A stretch of 64,000 nucleotides of DNA from Lama glama (taxonomy: Eukaryota), in the NCBI GenBank assembly GCA_028534125.1, contig CM052817.1, positions 10,542,001 through 10,606,000 on the forward strand, in the 5' to 3' direction. Below, one piece after another: positions 12,351 to 25,654 of the stretch. Numbering within the stretch: the first letter of the stretch is position 1; every line of letters starts with the position of its first letter. Both the position numbers and the translations under genes were made by a program. The notes below the pieces were generated by a model, which did no database searches, was not told the DNA's origin, and saw only the letters and a program-made list of their open reading frames with translations.

Positions 12351-13819
12351 CTATTAGAGAAAATAAACTTCTTTCTTACTGTATCGCTTCGGTCCATCTT
12401 CCAAACAAAACGAAAGGGTTAATGTGGCGTCATCTTCAAAAAACTCAGTGGCAAATGCGTCCCACCAGAGGTTGTCGCTGTCCTGCAAAGAGACAGATCA
12501 TTCATTTAACAGGCAAGCACAGAAAATATCCCAAAGTGGAAAAGAAAAAGAAAAAAGGCAGAAAAACCCAAGTCACCGCTGGCTGGGTACTTAGCATAAG
12601 TGCGTGGGTGTTCTAGAAAGGGTGTAGGCAGGCATGTGGCCACTCTTCAAATTAATTGCCTCAAATGGGGACCGAATTCCAATTCAATAAATGAGTTAAT
12701 GCAAAGCGAATGAAAATTAATTCTCGAGGACATATTTGGGGAGATTTAATAAACATATTCTGGAACACAGTGTGACTTTTTTTAAGAAAAGGGTTTACAT
12801 TTAATGTAAAATGCATTCAGCTTTTTTTCTGTCTCTTTCTCTTTGCTCTTTGAAGAGTCCGATTGCACAAACAGAAACCACAATATTACCACCAGGTTAA
12901 GGAGAGTGCATTTTTTTTAGATAATTTATTCAAAAAAATAAGTTATGTGGCTTGTAGCTTTACTTTATGCAAATATCCCCTTGAAAGATACAAGTATCGC
13001 TGTGTGGATACACGTAGATGGATGAGTTTGTGTACACCCAACCATCACACTCACGTCGCTTGTTCTTGAGAACTGGTTTTAGATTACAGGCAATCACCAG
13101 CTTGTTATTAAAACAGATATTAAAAACAGAGCAGTTCGGTGGAACGCAAACCATCCCAGGAACTCTGTTTGTTTCAGGTTGAATGTTTCCCCTGCTCATC
13201 CAGAAAACACTTTGAAACTGGCCCAGCTGAGGGCAGTTCAAGTCATCGCTAACCTTGAAGGGAAGGGAAGGGTCTCTGCTAACAGTGCACGAGGAAGGTT
13301 ATGTAAAGGGTTATATTTAAAAGGAGAATCATCCCAGGCCTCATTCTCTGTGTTATGCTCGATTTATCCCCAAAATCTGAAGTGTAATCTTTCTCCAGGT
13401 TTCAGGACGAGGTGGTTCGCAGATGCCTGTTGGATGGAAGTGAGGAGGCAGACAGAGAGGCCCGCTGCTCCCTACTCAACTGCCCCCGCCCTGGGGCCCT
13501 GGCCGAGATCTCACCAGCCTCTCTTCTTCCCATTAAGTTGTTCTGCTTACGACAACATTAAGTGGTCCTCAATGGCAGGCCTCAGGAGCAAGCGTTCAGT
13601 GCTGGCAGGGATAATTTGGGGGCCACTGAACATAGACACTGTTCCTCTCTTCAGATAAGAAGCTCAGACGAGTGAATATTTTTGTCTCTTTTCCGCTGGC
13701 CTCTCCCCAAACACCACAACAAAAGCCAGCTCGTTTCTTAGTAAAACACAGTAAATGCAAAATCATGCAGGGGTATTTCGTGGCTCTGTATACAAACCGC
13801 TTCCGCCCTCACCTCCTTT

Positions 13820-13930
13820 CACAAACAAATATTTATTGAGCACCTGTTATGTGCAGGACCTGGGAATACAAGGAAGGATGCAAGATTGGTCCCCAACGTC
13901 CCAGGGCTCAAAACCACTGGCAAGAGACAG
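13820..13930 (-). mobile_element. L2 LINE 3' end
   Basis: acaaacaaatatttattgagcacctgttatgtgcagg. Confidence 0.75.
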
Positions 13931-14129
13931 TCAAGTGTCACCTAACAGGCAGCCTTGCTCCACACCTGAGACCGTGGCACAAGGCCTGGCTGCTGCGGAA
14001 ACTGTCGGAGCTTCTAGAAAAATCTGTGGGCTTGGGAGTGGAGACGTAGCTGGAGCAAGAAACCCTATTTGGGAGCTTGGATACATGGGTTTATTGTATT
14101 TCAAATCGCTATTCAGATGGAAAAAGAAT

Positions 14130-14480
14130 AATAGTTAACATTCACCGAGCACTTACCACACGCCACGCACTGTTCCAAGTACTTTCTGGACACTCTCTCA
14201 CTCCTCACTACCACCCTGATTCTTGGCTTTCTTCCCTCTTCAGTGCAGTATAAGTTTCTTGTAAGTAGGGGCTCTATTTTGCCTGCTGCTCCCTCTCCCA
14301 GTCCCTAGAATGGCACTGGGCCCGTGGTATAATCCAACCAAAGCCATTTGGAGAGTGGATCACGCTGCTCACAATAGTATCCCAGCTTTACAACGGCAGA
14401 ATCAGATCAGATGGTAAAAGTAACTTGCCCCAGTACACGCAGCCATTAAATAGGGTGGCTGGGGTTTCAACTTGGATCAT
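14130..14480 (-). mobile_element. MIR SINE interrupted by an L2-like piece
   Basis: aatagttaacattcaccgagcacttaccacacgcca.. and agtaacttgccccag.. flank an L2-like segment (about 14240-14360). Confidence 0.55.
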
Positions 14481-14749
14481 CAGACATCTGAGACCTGCCC
14501 CAGCCTCTGTTCAACTCACCTCTCTGGCATCTTTGGGAAGGCAAGTACTGGGATTCAGAAAGAAGGAAGGGAGAGGGAAAAGGGCATACTGAGTCTCAGG
14601 TTGGGTTTGCCGGCCAATTACTTGCTCTACGCACTGCTCGGTTGCCAGGGCTCATGCCCAGAAGGACACTGGCACGTGTAGCATGGCAGGTCATATTACA
14701 TTGCTGGTGGAGCTCGTCCTGTGGGCAGTCCTCAGAGCCCGCTCATCCT

Positions 14750-14990
14750 GACCTTAACACTAGGTCTTTCCAGCTCTGTGCACTTGGACAAATTATTTTA
14801 CCTCCCTGAGCCTGTTTTCTGTCTTGGAAATGAAGGATAAAGATAGTGATAGTAGCAACAGTAACAAATATCTTGTGCAGTAGATGCAACAATAGTAATG
14901 TTAAAAACTACCCTGCAAGGTAGCTGTGACAATTCAGTAAGTCAGTGGGCAGAGCGGTGCCCAGCAGAGCGCCTGGAGCACAGTGGAGAC
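14750..14990 (+). mobile_element. MIR SINE
   Basis: agctctgtgcacttggacaaattattttacctccctgagcctgttttct MIR core. Confidence 0.65.
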
Positions 14991-15979
14991 CAAGCCAATG
15001 CCCTTTTCGTGCCTTTACCCACCGTCTTTAGTATCATTTCTAAGGGACGAAACATTCCATGTTCTAAGGAATGCTACATCAAAAATGTTCATAAATCACG
15101 CATGTTTCCAAATCACTCCAGCTGTTTGTAACCTGTGTACTTGGCAGTGACACACCTGTCTACCACACCGGGACAACTCTGGATGGAAATGTATCAACTC
15201 TCTCTTGCCCTGCTCATCGTTCAGAGGCCCAGTGACTAGATCAGTTCCTCTACCTCCATTTTCCTGTAATTCACTCGTGGTTTTTAGCACTTCTGCTAGA
15301 AAATGAACCAGAGGAAGATAAAAGTCCCGCAAGAACCCGTGCTGATCTGGCCACTAGGAGAAGAGAAAGGATTCAGGCTACGAAGAGGTGAAAGAATTGT
15401 CCATGAGTAGCCAGATGGTTCCATGGGGCCAGACAAGTGAGTGTTGGCAGAAGTCAGGGGAGGAGTAATGATCCAAGAAGGGGAATATCATTTGATTCAA
15501 ACTAACTGTAATGGAACATGAGATGAGTCAGCATCTCAGGAAATGTCAGGACAGGTGTGATAGGAGAAGGTCACATTAGGTAACTATACACATACACATA
15601 AAATCAATTGGCTTTGGCCACAAATCTTAGAACATTCCAAAAATAAAAATCGACTATGTGCTTTCACTGAGTCAGACGCATCATAGGTACATAAAATAGT
15701 TATCTCTGTGTTTTGTCTGATAGAATGAATGAATGAAAGAGTGAATGAATGAAAGAAATTCCTTTTTGTTCCATCAAAAACCCAACTCAAGAAAATCACT
15801 GCACAAAGTTTTTGTGAGACCTAGAAGGTTGACCCCACTTTGTCTGTTGGCCAATATTTTTAAACTGACATAAAAATTGGGGGCATATATTTTCAAGCTA
15901 TCATTGTCAACTGACCCCTAAACACATATATAAAGCCTTTGAATTAGTCTTTAACGATGAGAGAAAAATGTTGATGGAA

Positions 15980-16227
15980 AAAGGGAATTAAAAAGGAGTT
16001 CGAGATTTGCAGATACTAATATTTATAAAATAAACAACAAGTTTCTACTGTACAGAACAGGGAACTATATTCAGTATCTTGTAGTAACCTATAATGAAAA
16101 AGATTCTGAAAATGAATGTATGTATGTGTATGGATGACTGAGACACTATGTTGCACACCAGAAATTTACACAATATTGTAAACTGACACTTCAACCACCA
16201 CCAAAAATAGTGTTTTAAGAAAAAAAA
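15980..16227 (+). mobile_element. LINE-1 3' end (cetartiodactyl-type), 5' truncated
   Basis: ctactgtacagaacagggaactatattcagtatcttgtagtaacctataatgaaaaag..cacaccagaaatttacacaatattgtaaactga followed by an A-rich tail. Confidence 0.85.
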
Positions 16228-16329
16228 TAGCTAAATGCCAAGTACAGGCCAGTCTCCATTTGGCTTTTTTCTGAAGGAAGCAGATCATGGAAAAAACACA
16301 TGTTTGGGGGCCCTGGGTTAATAGCAGTA

Positions 16330-16765
16330 CCCATAACTCAGTATTTTCTAAGTTTTTTCCATGAATTGAACCATCTGATATTCACAACTGCCCTCATTGC
16401 TGCCAAGGGGCAAAGCAGGCTGCCTCAGAGAGAATTTATATCCCTCATCTCTGTGTTACACCAACTTCAACACCTGAGTTCTGCCTCTTGTACGCCGGAT
16501 GACCTTGGTCAAGCCCTCTACCTTTGCATCGATTTGCTCATTGGCAAAGTGAGAACAATCATTTCAGTAGATGGTGAGGACCAAGGAGTAACTGCGCCGC
16601 GCATAATAGCTGCTCAATAAAGGGCAGCTGTTAATTATTTATTATGGTCTCCTTTGCCCCTAAGATTATAAATGGAGACTCCGAATTTCAATAAAACTAA
16701 ACGCCTCAATAAAGATCAGACAGCTAGAAAGTGGCGAAGCTAAAATTCACACAGGAGTCTGCCTA
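16330..16765. mobile_element. Adjacent or nested MIR fragments in both orientations
   Basis: Forward core gatgaccttggtcaag..gctgctcaataaa (16470-16640) between reverse-MIR pieces. Confidence 0.5.
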
Positions 16766-16777
16766 GTTCCAGTCCAT

Positions 16778-16950
16778 TTTTAAAAGTAGATTTAATTTTT
16801 CTAGAGCAGTCTTAGGCTCATGACAAAATTGAAAGGCAAGTACAGAAGGTTCCCACACACCCCCGGCCACACACGTGCGTTGCCTCCCCCGTGATCAGCA
16901 TCCCTCACCTCAGCAGTAGGTTTGTTACAGTTGATGAACTAACTGACCAG
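16778..16950 (-). mobile_element. L1MC-type LINE-1 3' end
   Basis: ttctagagcagtcttaggctcatgacaaaattgaaaggcaagtacagaaggttccca..tttgttacagttgatgaac. Confidence 0.75.
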
Positions 16951-18699
16951 TCCATATTTTTACCAAATAATCCTGCTTGAAAAATGATTTTTCACCTCGG
17001 GGCGAAAACGGTTCACAAGAGCAGCGGATCTCCTCCTCCAGGTCTTCCAGGCCCTCCAGGCCCCACAGATTTTGCCCCCTTTCCCCACTTGCATGTGGTT
17101 TTTCTGAAAATAAACCTCCTCTTTGAACACCTCTTCTTTCCACTTTGCAGTCTGGTCTAGTTCCTGGGATCAGTTAGGCAATTTTAGGGGAGAAATTTGT
17201 GTAATAACGAGGCCAGGCGTCCGGGCAGCAGTGGCAGTGCAGCTAAAAATACCTGGGCCGAACCAGATACGGAACCCACGGCAGAAGGTCTAACGAGGGG
17301 ACTGGGAGGAGCTCGGTTCTCAGCCACACAGCCACGCTGACAACCTCACGCATTGCGGGCAACAATGAAACTCAGTGCCTCCATCATTCATCTTCTAGAT
17401 GTCGGTCACCTAGAATGGTCTGAGCCTTGCAGACAAAGGCACGTGCGCTCTGCGTGGTAACATGTGAGGAAGAGAAAGAGACCAAGGAAATAGAACAGAA
17501 GACGACTGGTCACAGTTGTGCAGTCCTGTCTACAGGCTGGCTCTTCTGCTTTCTGATTGCATGCTCGGTGCTTCTTTCACTGGAGAAATGGAAGAAACAG
17601 GGGATTCCCTGGGGAGTGGGCTGCACCGTCAAGGCCGGCAAACTGACCATTAGGAGGCAGCGTGAGCCAAGTTTCCAAGGCTATTTCGCAGCAAAGATTC
17701 CAAAGAGAAGCTACATCTGATTTCCCCTAAGGTGTGAAGGGTAAGTAGGATGCTGCTGGCCACTCTCCATGCAGACAACACCCTCAGGTCGAAGCAACAA
17801 GGAGATGAATCAGGAACCTGTAGGTCAAGATCGACCTTTCAGGACTCCAAGATAAAGGTTACAATAAATGCCCTTAACAAAAAACCAAGAGCCTGAGGCC
17901 TCGTTCCCAGGTGTGTGGGGTGGCTGTGCACACCAGCTACTGCCAGACAGAACAGACACAACATTCGGTGTATACATGGTAAAAGACATTCCATCCAGGG
18001 GAAAGCCATCCTTACCACACTGAGGACCAGCATAGTCAGGAGTCTGTCTGTGTGGAGCCAAAGGATCCAACAATGTACCACGGGTCCCGGCTTAACCATT
18101 TCCTGCCTCCTGGTCTTTGCATCCGTTGTTCTGCTGGCCTGGCACTCCCAGCAAATACCAAGTCCCATTGCTTGGATTTCTTCCTTCCCTGTCACCTGTG
18201 CTAGGGAAGCTTGACAACTCCTCCCTGGTTAGAGTGTGGGTCAAATTACAATTGAATCACTGCATTTATCTAAACCTCTGACTGCTGTAGTAGACCGTGA
18301 GAGGCTCAAGGATGGGACTGGGTGGCAAGCATCTCTCTGTCCTCAACAGATCTCCCACCTAGCAGCTACCCAACAAGGAGTACACCAGATGGAGGGGTTA
18401 TTCCCACACAGTCAGTAAGAGTCTTCCTCAAAGGTTGCTGGAATCGCAAGTCTAAACCCAGTGGCCAAGGGATCAGGACAGTGAACAAGCAAGTCTTCTC
18501 TCTGTCACATCACTGGTGCCTCACTTTCCATCAGTGGCTGCACAAGCCACCCATGTGGCACGTTCATATTGATGCAGAAACTACTTCCCACCTACTTTGC
18601 CATCAGTTGAACCACTTTGGGGTACTTTCTTGTTCTTTACAGTGAAATGTTGGTTAAGTGACTATACTTCACTGACTGCAACTGAAATTAGGGAGGTTT

Positions 18700-19330
18700 T
18701 CCTTTATTAATTTTTAAAAATAGAGAATAAAAGATAATATGATGTAGACCCATGGGCCCATTATCCAGAATCGACAATTATTAAAATATCTTATTTTTCC
18801 TTTTTAAAAGGAATTAAAAATTATAAATAAAAATAAGTGTCCTGGGTCTCCTTATCCAGCTCTGTTTTTCTCTCCCTCCCTCCAGGCTCCCAGAAACAAC
18901 CGTCTCATGGGAATCGCATGGCTCTTCCTAACCGATCTTTTATATTTATTACATACATGACTCCACTCATACGCATTTCTGGTTTAAGTTTTTACTATTT
19001 TATTAAAGTGATTTATACTATGTTCCCTTCCTTAAATTTGCTTTTTTTTAATTATTATTATTCAACATTGTGTTTTGGAGCCGTTTTATATACTAGGTCT
19101 TCTTCTTTCCTTATACCTGCCACCTGGTAGTACGCTGAATGAATGTAATATATTTTATGTAAGCATTCTGCTACTAATGATCGCTAAACAGTTTCTGATC
19201 TTTTGTCATTATCACAATGCTGCAATAAGTATCTTTGCGGTGTCCCTCTGTGCGAACATGTAAGAATTTCTCTGGGGCATCTATCTGAAGGAGGCACGCC
19301 TAGGCATCAAGTGTGTGCTTGTCTGTATTT
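18700..19330 (-). mobile_element. Old L1M fragment
   Basis: T-rich decayed L1 3' region (acaatgctgcaataagtatctttg..gtaagaatttctctggggcatctatct). Confidence 0.6.
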
Positions 19331-20964
19331 TTGGTTCTTCCGTTAGAGGGTCGCTGTGCTTCCAGACTGAAGACTTCTGGTCTGAACATGCATGGGTAGA
19401 GGTGAAACAAAAGGCATTTGTAAGTGAGTTCTAATGACAGAGTCTACATCATTACAAAGCGGAGTCCAGCTCTGCCAGAGAAGGATGATCATGGGAAAGT
19501 CCAGAGAAGATGAAATGACGGAAGACCACTACTTATAAAGTTTGTCTATCATTCTCTTAAAGGCAGAGTATACCTTAGGGGCTTCATTTACCAAAAGGAG
19601 GATTCTTTCTTGAGACTGACAAAAGAAAGAAAGCAGAGGTGATTCCTGGTCCTCCACAATGGCTCACGGGACAGAATGGTGGGTAACCAAACGGCCCGAT
19701 GAATGGGCGCAGAGGAGGGGAGGTGGGGGCATCCAACTCCGTATCCCCTGCCACCAGTCTCCTTGGGGAGGTCACGCCTGCTTTTTCCTTTCAATCCTTC
19801 CTGTTGTTTAGTATCTGAACAGTGCCTATTTAGTGCTTAGTGAATATTAATAAGTCAAAAGTGGATTCTTTTCCCAAAGCTGCAAAGTAGCAACAGCAGA
19901 GAGCCGCCTCCAGGTAAATAAAGATGAAATTAACTCAGCCTGAACACAGGTGGTGGGGGGAGCAGTGAGGACAATTCCTGTATATTTTAATTAACTAAAA
20001 ATACCGTGAAAGCTTCTCCACTCTAAATAAGCCCCTCTATGCATTTCTGCAACAAAAACCCTTGGTCCTTTTGTCCCATCTCACAGGTGAGCCCAAGTTG
20101 CCCTGGCAGCCAAATCAGATATTGGGATGAGAGATGCACTTGGGTCAAATAGCAGCAGAGTCTTAATTATATTTAAACATCCACAGAAGCATTTTGCTTC
20201 CATCCCAGATTCTCTTCTGTCCCCATCTCTGTCCCACTCCGCCAAAAATGGGTTCCTGGTGCCAGGGCTGCCCCCCGGCATCTTTAACTTAAGCATTGAC
20301 AGGTTATGTGGGATTTTTGCCAGAGTAATTATTTTTCAATTCAACAATAATGAGAAATTACCATGGCAACCACTTGTCACGTGGCCTACATACACCCCCT
20401 CCAAAGAATGAACCATACATAAAGCATCTATTCCTTGAAAAATGTGGTTTTTTTATGAAAATAAACTCAAACAGGTCAAAGTGGAGTATATGAAGGGACG
20501 TGGAAACAGGATGATGAGAAGGGCATTGAGTTTCTTCAGCACCTTGAGGTTCTGGGAAATAATGACATCGCATCCTACAACCCCACCTTCCTGTACACCG
20601 GCCCACATGGATAGCACTCTGTTCGCCTGTGTCTTTGCATTTCGGTCACTCCCATTTCACATATGTCAGCTAACCTCTCTCAGAAGATACTGAAGACGGA
20701 ATAGAAGTGTCCCCACGACTGAGGCCGACGCACACTTGGCCACACTTGCTTTCCCTAAATTTCTTTGCCTGTCATATCCACAGGTTGAGACGGAAGCAGT
20801 AAAACCCCCAAATCTCATACTTGTCCCTTCATAGAGGCCCCCTCGCACTCAAGGGGATACAGACCCCTTATTTTCCCTAACTACAAAAGTCTTTCCACTT
20901 CCTTCATTTCTCCAAACCTGGGAGTCTCGTATCAAACCATGTCTAGTCCAAATTAGCCGCATTT

Positions 20965-21410
20965 AATAATAATAGTCAACAGTTACCTGGCACTTACTAC
21001 ATGTTGGCCACCATTCTGAACTCGCTGAATAATATAAACCCCTGGAAACCTCACAATGACCCTAGGGAATAAGTTCTATGATTGTCATTGTTTCTAAATG
21101 CCAATGTTGTTCTAGTTCTTTTTTTTTTCTCTTTTTAAATATTTTTAATGTTATTGGAGTATAATCAGTGTACAATGTTGTGTCAATTTCTGGTGTACAG
21201 CACAATGCTTCAGTTGTACACGCACATGCATATATTCCTTTTCATTATAAGTTACTACGAGATATTGAATATAGAAGTTCCATGATTTATGCCATTTTAT
21301 AGATGAGAAAACTGAGGCACAGAGAAGTTAAATATGTGCTTAAGATTACAAAGCCAACAAGTAGCAGAGAGAATTTAAACACAGGGACTCTGGCTCTTGA
21401 GTTTGGGGTC
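20965..21410 (-). mobile_element. MIR SINE split by an L1 insertion
   Basis: ggcacttactacatgttggcca..; resumes ccattttatagatgagaaaactgaggcacagagaagttaaat. Confidence 0.85.
21084..21274 (-). mobile_element. Short LINE-1 3' end inserted into MIR
   Basis: Poly(T) plus tacaatgttgtgtcaatttctggtgtacagcaca..gatattgaatatag; probable 13-bp TSD aagttc(t/c)atgatt at 21071-21083 and 21275-21287. Confidence 0.85.
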
Positions 21411-22499
21411 ATATCTGTTACTTTGTCCAGAACAATGTTCTTCGAAATACCTACAGTCTTCTTAGTTGTTTCAACATCCAATTAATGCCAAGCGCACTGA
21501 ATGGTTGGGGCTCCCTCTCCTGAACAGACAGCCCACAGCAAGGCTTTCCACCACGTCTGCAGAAGGCATTCTACTTCGAGACACAGAAATAAAAGTCATT
21601 AGGTTGGCTCATCTGTTGTCACCAGCTGGTAATCGCACGAGCTTGTAAGGACACAGGGAGAGAATTTTATGTGCCCCCTTTTTCTTGAATGTTACGCCAT
21701 TAAAAAAAAATTACGTCCTAGTTGTAGTTTTTTTTTCTTTTCTCTCATGGCGTTTATCCTCAACTAAGGTGCGTTTCATTTAACAGTAAACGTTAGTTAA
21801 CTTTTTAACAGGGAAATCTGAAACGGCATATTACTAGGAGAGTAAATTATGTGTCTTGATAGAATATCTCAGGGTTGCACTCACAGTTCAAGGCTTCCCT
21901 TTTAGAAAGTGCCTCCTACATTTCACTCCCTTGTGCTGCTGCCTCGGGACAGGCATGTATTAAAAGAGGCAGAAAGCAGGACGTGGCATCTTCCAGTTAC
22001 GGCTCTGCAGCCATGGATACATCAGGGCCTTTTCCCCCAGACACCTGGGCCATCTGTGTATTTCAGTCTCCGTTCTTGCCCTATGAAATCATCTCTTAAT
22101 TGTGAGGATTCCAAAGAGAAATGCTACCAACGATCATCCGAAAACAACAACTAAAATGGATACAGGTTGAGGTGCCCAAAACTGAGCATTTCACCACTGG
22201 ACTTAGCACAACTGTCCTAAAGTGACAACTGTCTAAAAGTTTAAATCTCTATCAGCTTTATGAGGGCGGACTCTCTTCCATTGCCTGCCCACTCTCTCAG
22301 CCGGAACCAAACACCTGGCAGGTACGCAACAAGTAAGTCCTCGATTACTTGATTATTTAAATTACTTAATTGAACAAATAAATACTTGTTTAATTAAAAC
22401 AAGCATAGGGACAAACCCCTGAAGAAAAACAACCACTTGGTTTTCATGATCGTTGGACACGTCTGCTCTCTTTCCTGTCCACCTGTCTGCTAGGCAGGG

Positions 22500-22745
22500 G
22501 TGTTAAATACTTCCTGAGCGACTGGAGAGAAAGCACGTAAGAGATTCACAGTGAATCGCTTTCTAGTCCTCACAGCATTCCTATCATGTTGGTGCCTTTA
22601 TTATCCCAATTTAAATGGGGAAACTGAGGCCCCAGGAGGTCAAGATTAGACCCAAGGTCACAGACCAAATATGAGGCAAGAGGGGGATTTGACTCCTGAA
22701 GATTCTGGTTTCTGAACATCTGTTTCTACAACGTGTCACTGCCTG
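22500..22745 (-). mobile_element. MIR SINE
   Basis: ttattatcccaatttaaatggggaaactgaggcccaggaggtcaag..cccaaggtcacag. Confidence 0.8.
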
Positions 22746-23584
22746 TTCTCGTCTAGATTATTCTGATGTGAAAGAGGACTAGTATTTTCTTCATAATTAA
22801 ATGTTCGCTTTTCTACTCCATCCTGGAGACATGCACTCCGACGTATCAAGAATAATAGAGTAGGGATCCTGCGCAGACCCACTTTGAAAATGACGTGGCG
22901 GGACATTACTCTGGCAGCACTGGGCTCGCGGGTGACAGTTCTGGGTAGTGAGCGCCATACCTCATGTTACATCACAGCCTCTGAGCGGGAGAGGTCCTGA
23001 GAGGCGGGTTAATGTGATGAGGGTATCAACTCGTATATCTTGAGAAGAGCTCGTCATCAAATCAGGCACAAATTTTCGGTTCCAACATAAACACCTCAGA
23101 CGAGACAACACTTCTGGAAAAGCTCGCAAGGTGCAAAAGCTTGTGTTTGTGACCTGCCTAGCTGCATCTGCATCAAATGACAGGAGTAATTCTTAGAGTC
23201 ACCACTAAAACTCAGGAAGACGGTAGCAGGGCTGAATTTTCCCTTCTTTTTACTTGGGAAAAGGGAAAAGATTTTTGTTCACATAAGATAAACATAAGAA
23301 ACCCAGCATATTCTCAAAACTCAGAAGGAAAATAGTAGGTTTCTGTTGACGGTGGTTGAAGGACTCCATGCTCTTCTCATTTTACACAACTGTTCCCTGG
23401 GGACTTAGATTCTAAGATGCCAGTGACACCAAGGCCTCTGTGACAGTTCCCAGCTCCTCCTCGGGAGCTCCTGCTGCCTCACCGACTTCCCCACTTGTGA
23501 ACCGAAGAGGCCTCGCAGACAGCACACGGCCAAAGCCAGACGCACCCCTATTTTCACCACACCCTGAGCCTATTCTCAGGACTC

Positions 23585-24202
23585 TTTTCTATTTTTTCAA
23601 ATGAAGTGTAGTTAATTTACAACATTGTGTTAGTTTCTGGTGTACAGCATAGTGATTCAGTTACACATATAGATATACTCTTTTTCATATTCTTTTTCAC
23701 TATAGGTTATTACAAGGTATTGAATATAGTTCCCTGGGCTATATAGTAGGACCTTGTTGTTTATCTGTTTTATATATAGCAGTTTGTATCTGCTAATTTC
23801 AAACTCCTAATTTATCCCTCCCCACCCCCTTTCCTCCCACAGGTTTGTTTTTTATGTCTTTGAGTCTCTTTCTGTTTTATTAATAAGTTCACCTGTATCA
23901 CCTTTTTAATATTCCACATATAAGTGATACCATATGATATTTCGTCTTACTCTGTTTGATTTACTTCACTTAGTATGATAATCTCTAAATCCATCCATGT
24001 TGCTTCAAATGGCATTATTTATTCTTTTTTATGGCTGAGTAATATTCCATTGTACATATAAACCACAACTTCTTTATCTAGTCATCTGTCAGTGGACATT
24101 TAGGTTGTTTCCATGTCTTGGCTATTGTAAATGGTGCTGTTATGAACATCGGGGTACATGTGTCTTTTTAAATTAGTTTTCTCTGGGCAAATGGCCAGGA
24201 GT
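23585..24202 (-). mobile_element. LINE-1 3' UTR and ORF2 end (cetartiodactyl-type)
   Basis: gtagttaatttacaacattgtgttagtttctggtgtacagcatagtgattcag..ccatccatgttgcttcaaatggcattattttattc..gtggacatttaggttgtttccatgtcttggctattgtaaat. Confidence 0.92.
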
Positions 24203-24209
24203 TCTCTCC

Positions 24210-25025
24210 ACTCTTTTCCATCTCAATAATGTAATTCCAGGTTCTCAGTATCTTAGCCCAAACTTTCAGGACATATTCCTGATTTCCCTCTTTTCCCAAG
24301 CCCACCCCTCCCATCTATCAGCCATGGCCCTGCATCTACTTCCCACCTATAATGGAGACCACCAATGTTTCTCTCCCGCTGCCACCCTCCTTGTCTGGGC
24401 CTCCAGTAATTCCAGCCTGGACAACACTGGTTGCTTCCTAATCCTTCTCTCTGTCCACACCCCATTCTCCTGCACTTGTGCTCTGCAGAGAAGCCTGCCT
24501 GATCTTTTAACAGCACCCACTGGACTGCATCACTCCCTGTTGAAACCCTCCCACGGATCCCCCTTGGTGCTCATCGCCATGGAGCCCACTGCCCTACGTG
24601 GCTGGGACTTGGTCCTTCTTCTTGGTTCACCTCAGTTCACCTCGCTCAGTGTAGCTCGCGGGCCTGGGCTCTTGCTACAAACATCTTCTTTCTGCCCAGG
24701 GCCACTCTGCTCCACCACAAGTCTTTCACATATGCTGTCCCATCCATGAGCAGATGCCTTTCCTCTACTTGGCAGGGCTCTCTCTTCCTTGTCATTCAGA
24801 TCTCAAATTCTGTGTCACTGGTCACCACTCAATCTACAGGAGCCAAGTTTTCTACCAAATCAATCAATGTTTCTCCTTTGGGACGCACTTATCATCTGAT
24901 TTTGTCTATGTGATGTGTTTCCTGTCTTCTGACTTACCAGAAAACAGAAGCATGCTGCCCGCTTGGCTGTGGAAACTGGTACACAGTAGGTGCTTAATAA
25001 GTGACTGCTTGAATAAATGAGTATA
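24210..25025 (+). mobile_element. L2 LINE, long 3' fragment
   Basis: Pyrimidine-rich L2 body ending ctggtacacagtaggtgcttaataagtgactgcttgaataaatga. Confidence 0.75.
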
Positions 25026-25199
25026 CCAAAACTGTATCAAACAAGAGAAAAAGGAGAGAAATCTATTCAGGAGACCAGCTTAATCTCTCTCTTGAACTTC
25101 CACAGGGCAGCCTTCCCCAGACCCAGCCTTGTCACAGCCTGATTGGCCGCAACTACATAATAAAGTACCAGGAACTTATCAGAATCTTTATTCCTTTTA

Positions 25200-25530
25200 A
25201 TTTTTAAAATAAATATATGCCATGAATTAAAAGCATTAAAAATATTCATGCCCTTTGACTCAGTAATTCTATTTCTGGGAATCCATCCAAAGGACGTAAT
25301 CCAAAAATATGTAAATGCTTTATATGCAAAATACTCACCACAGGAGAGTTCATAATAACAACAACAACAACAAAAAAAAAACCCTGGGAACAACATGCTG
25401 CCCTACAAGGGAGGAAAAATTCCAGAAACTATGATCTGTCCACTAGAAAAAAAATAGGAATCTTTAAGCATGATGCTTACCCATAGTCTATAATAACACA
25501 AAGCAAGCTTAGGTTATAATGTAAAATGAA
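25200..25530 (+). mobile_element. Old L1ME-type fragment
   Basis: atgccctttgactcagtaattctatttctgggaatccatccaaagga is an L1 ORF2-end motif. Confidence 0.7.
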
Positions 25531-25654
25531 GAAAGTGAGGTGGCAAACAGCATAGCAGCCTAGATGGGAGGGCTGAGAAACAGACAGGAGTATGCACGGG
25601 ACCTGAGTCTATGAAAGAGGTGGCCTTGCTGGGGAGTGGGGAGAAGGTGGGCTA

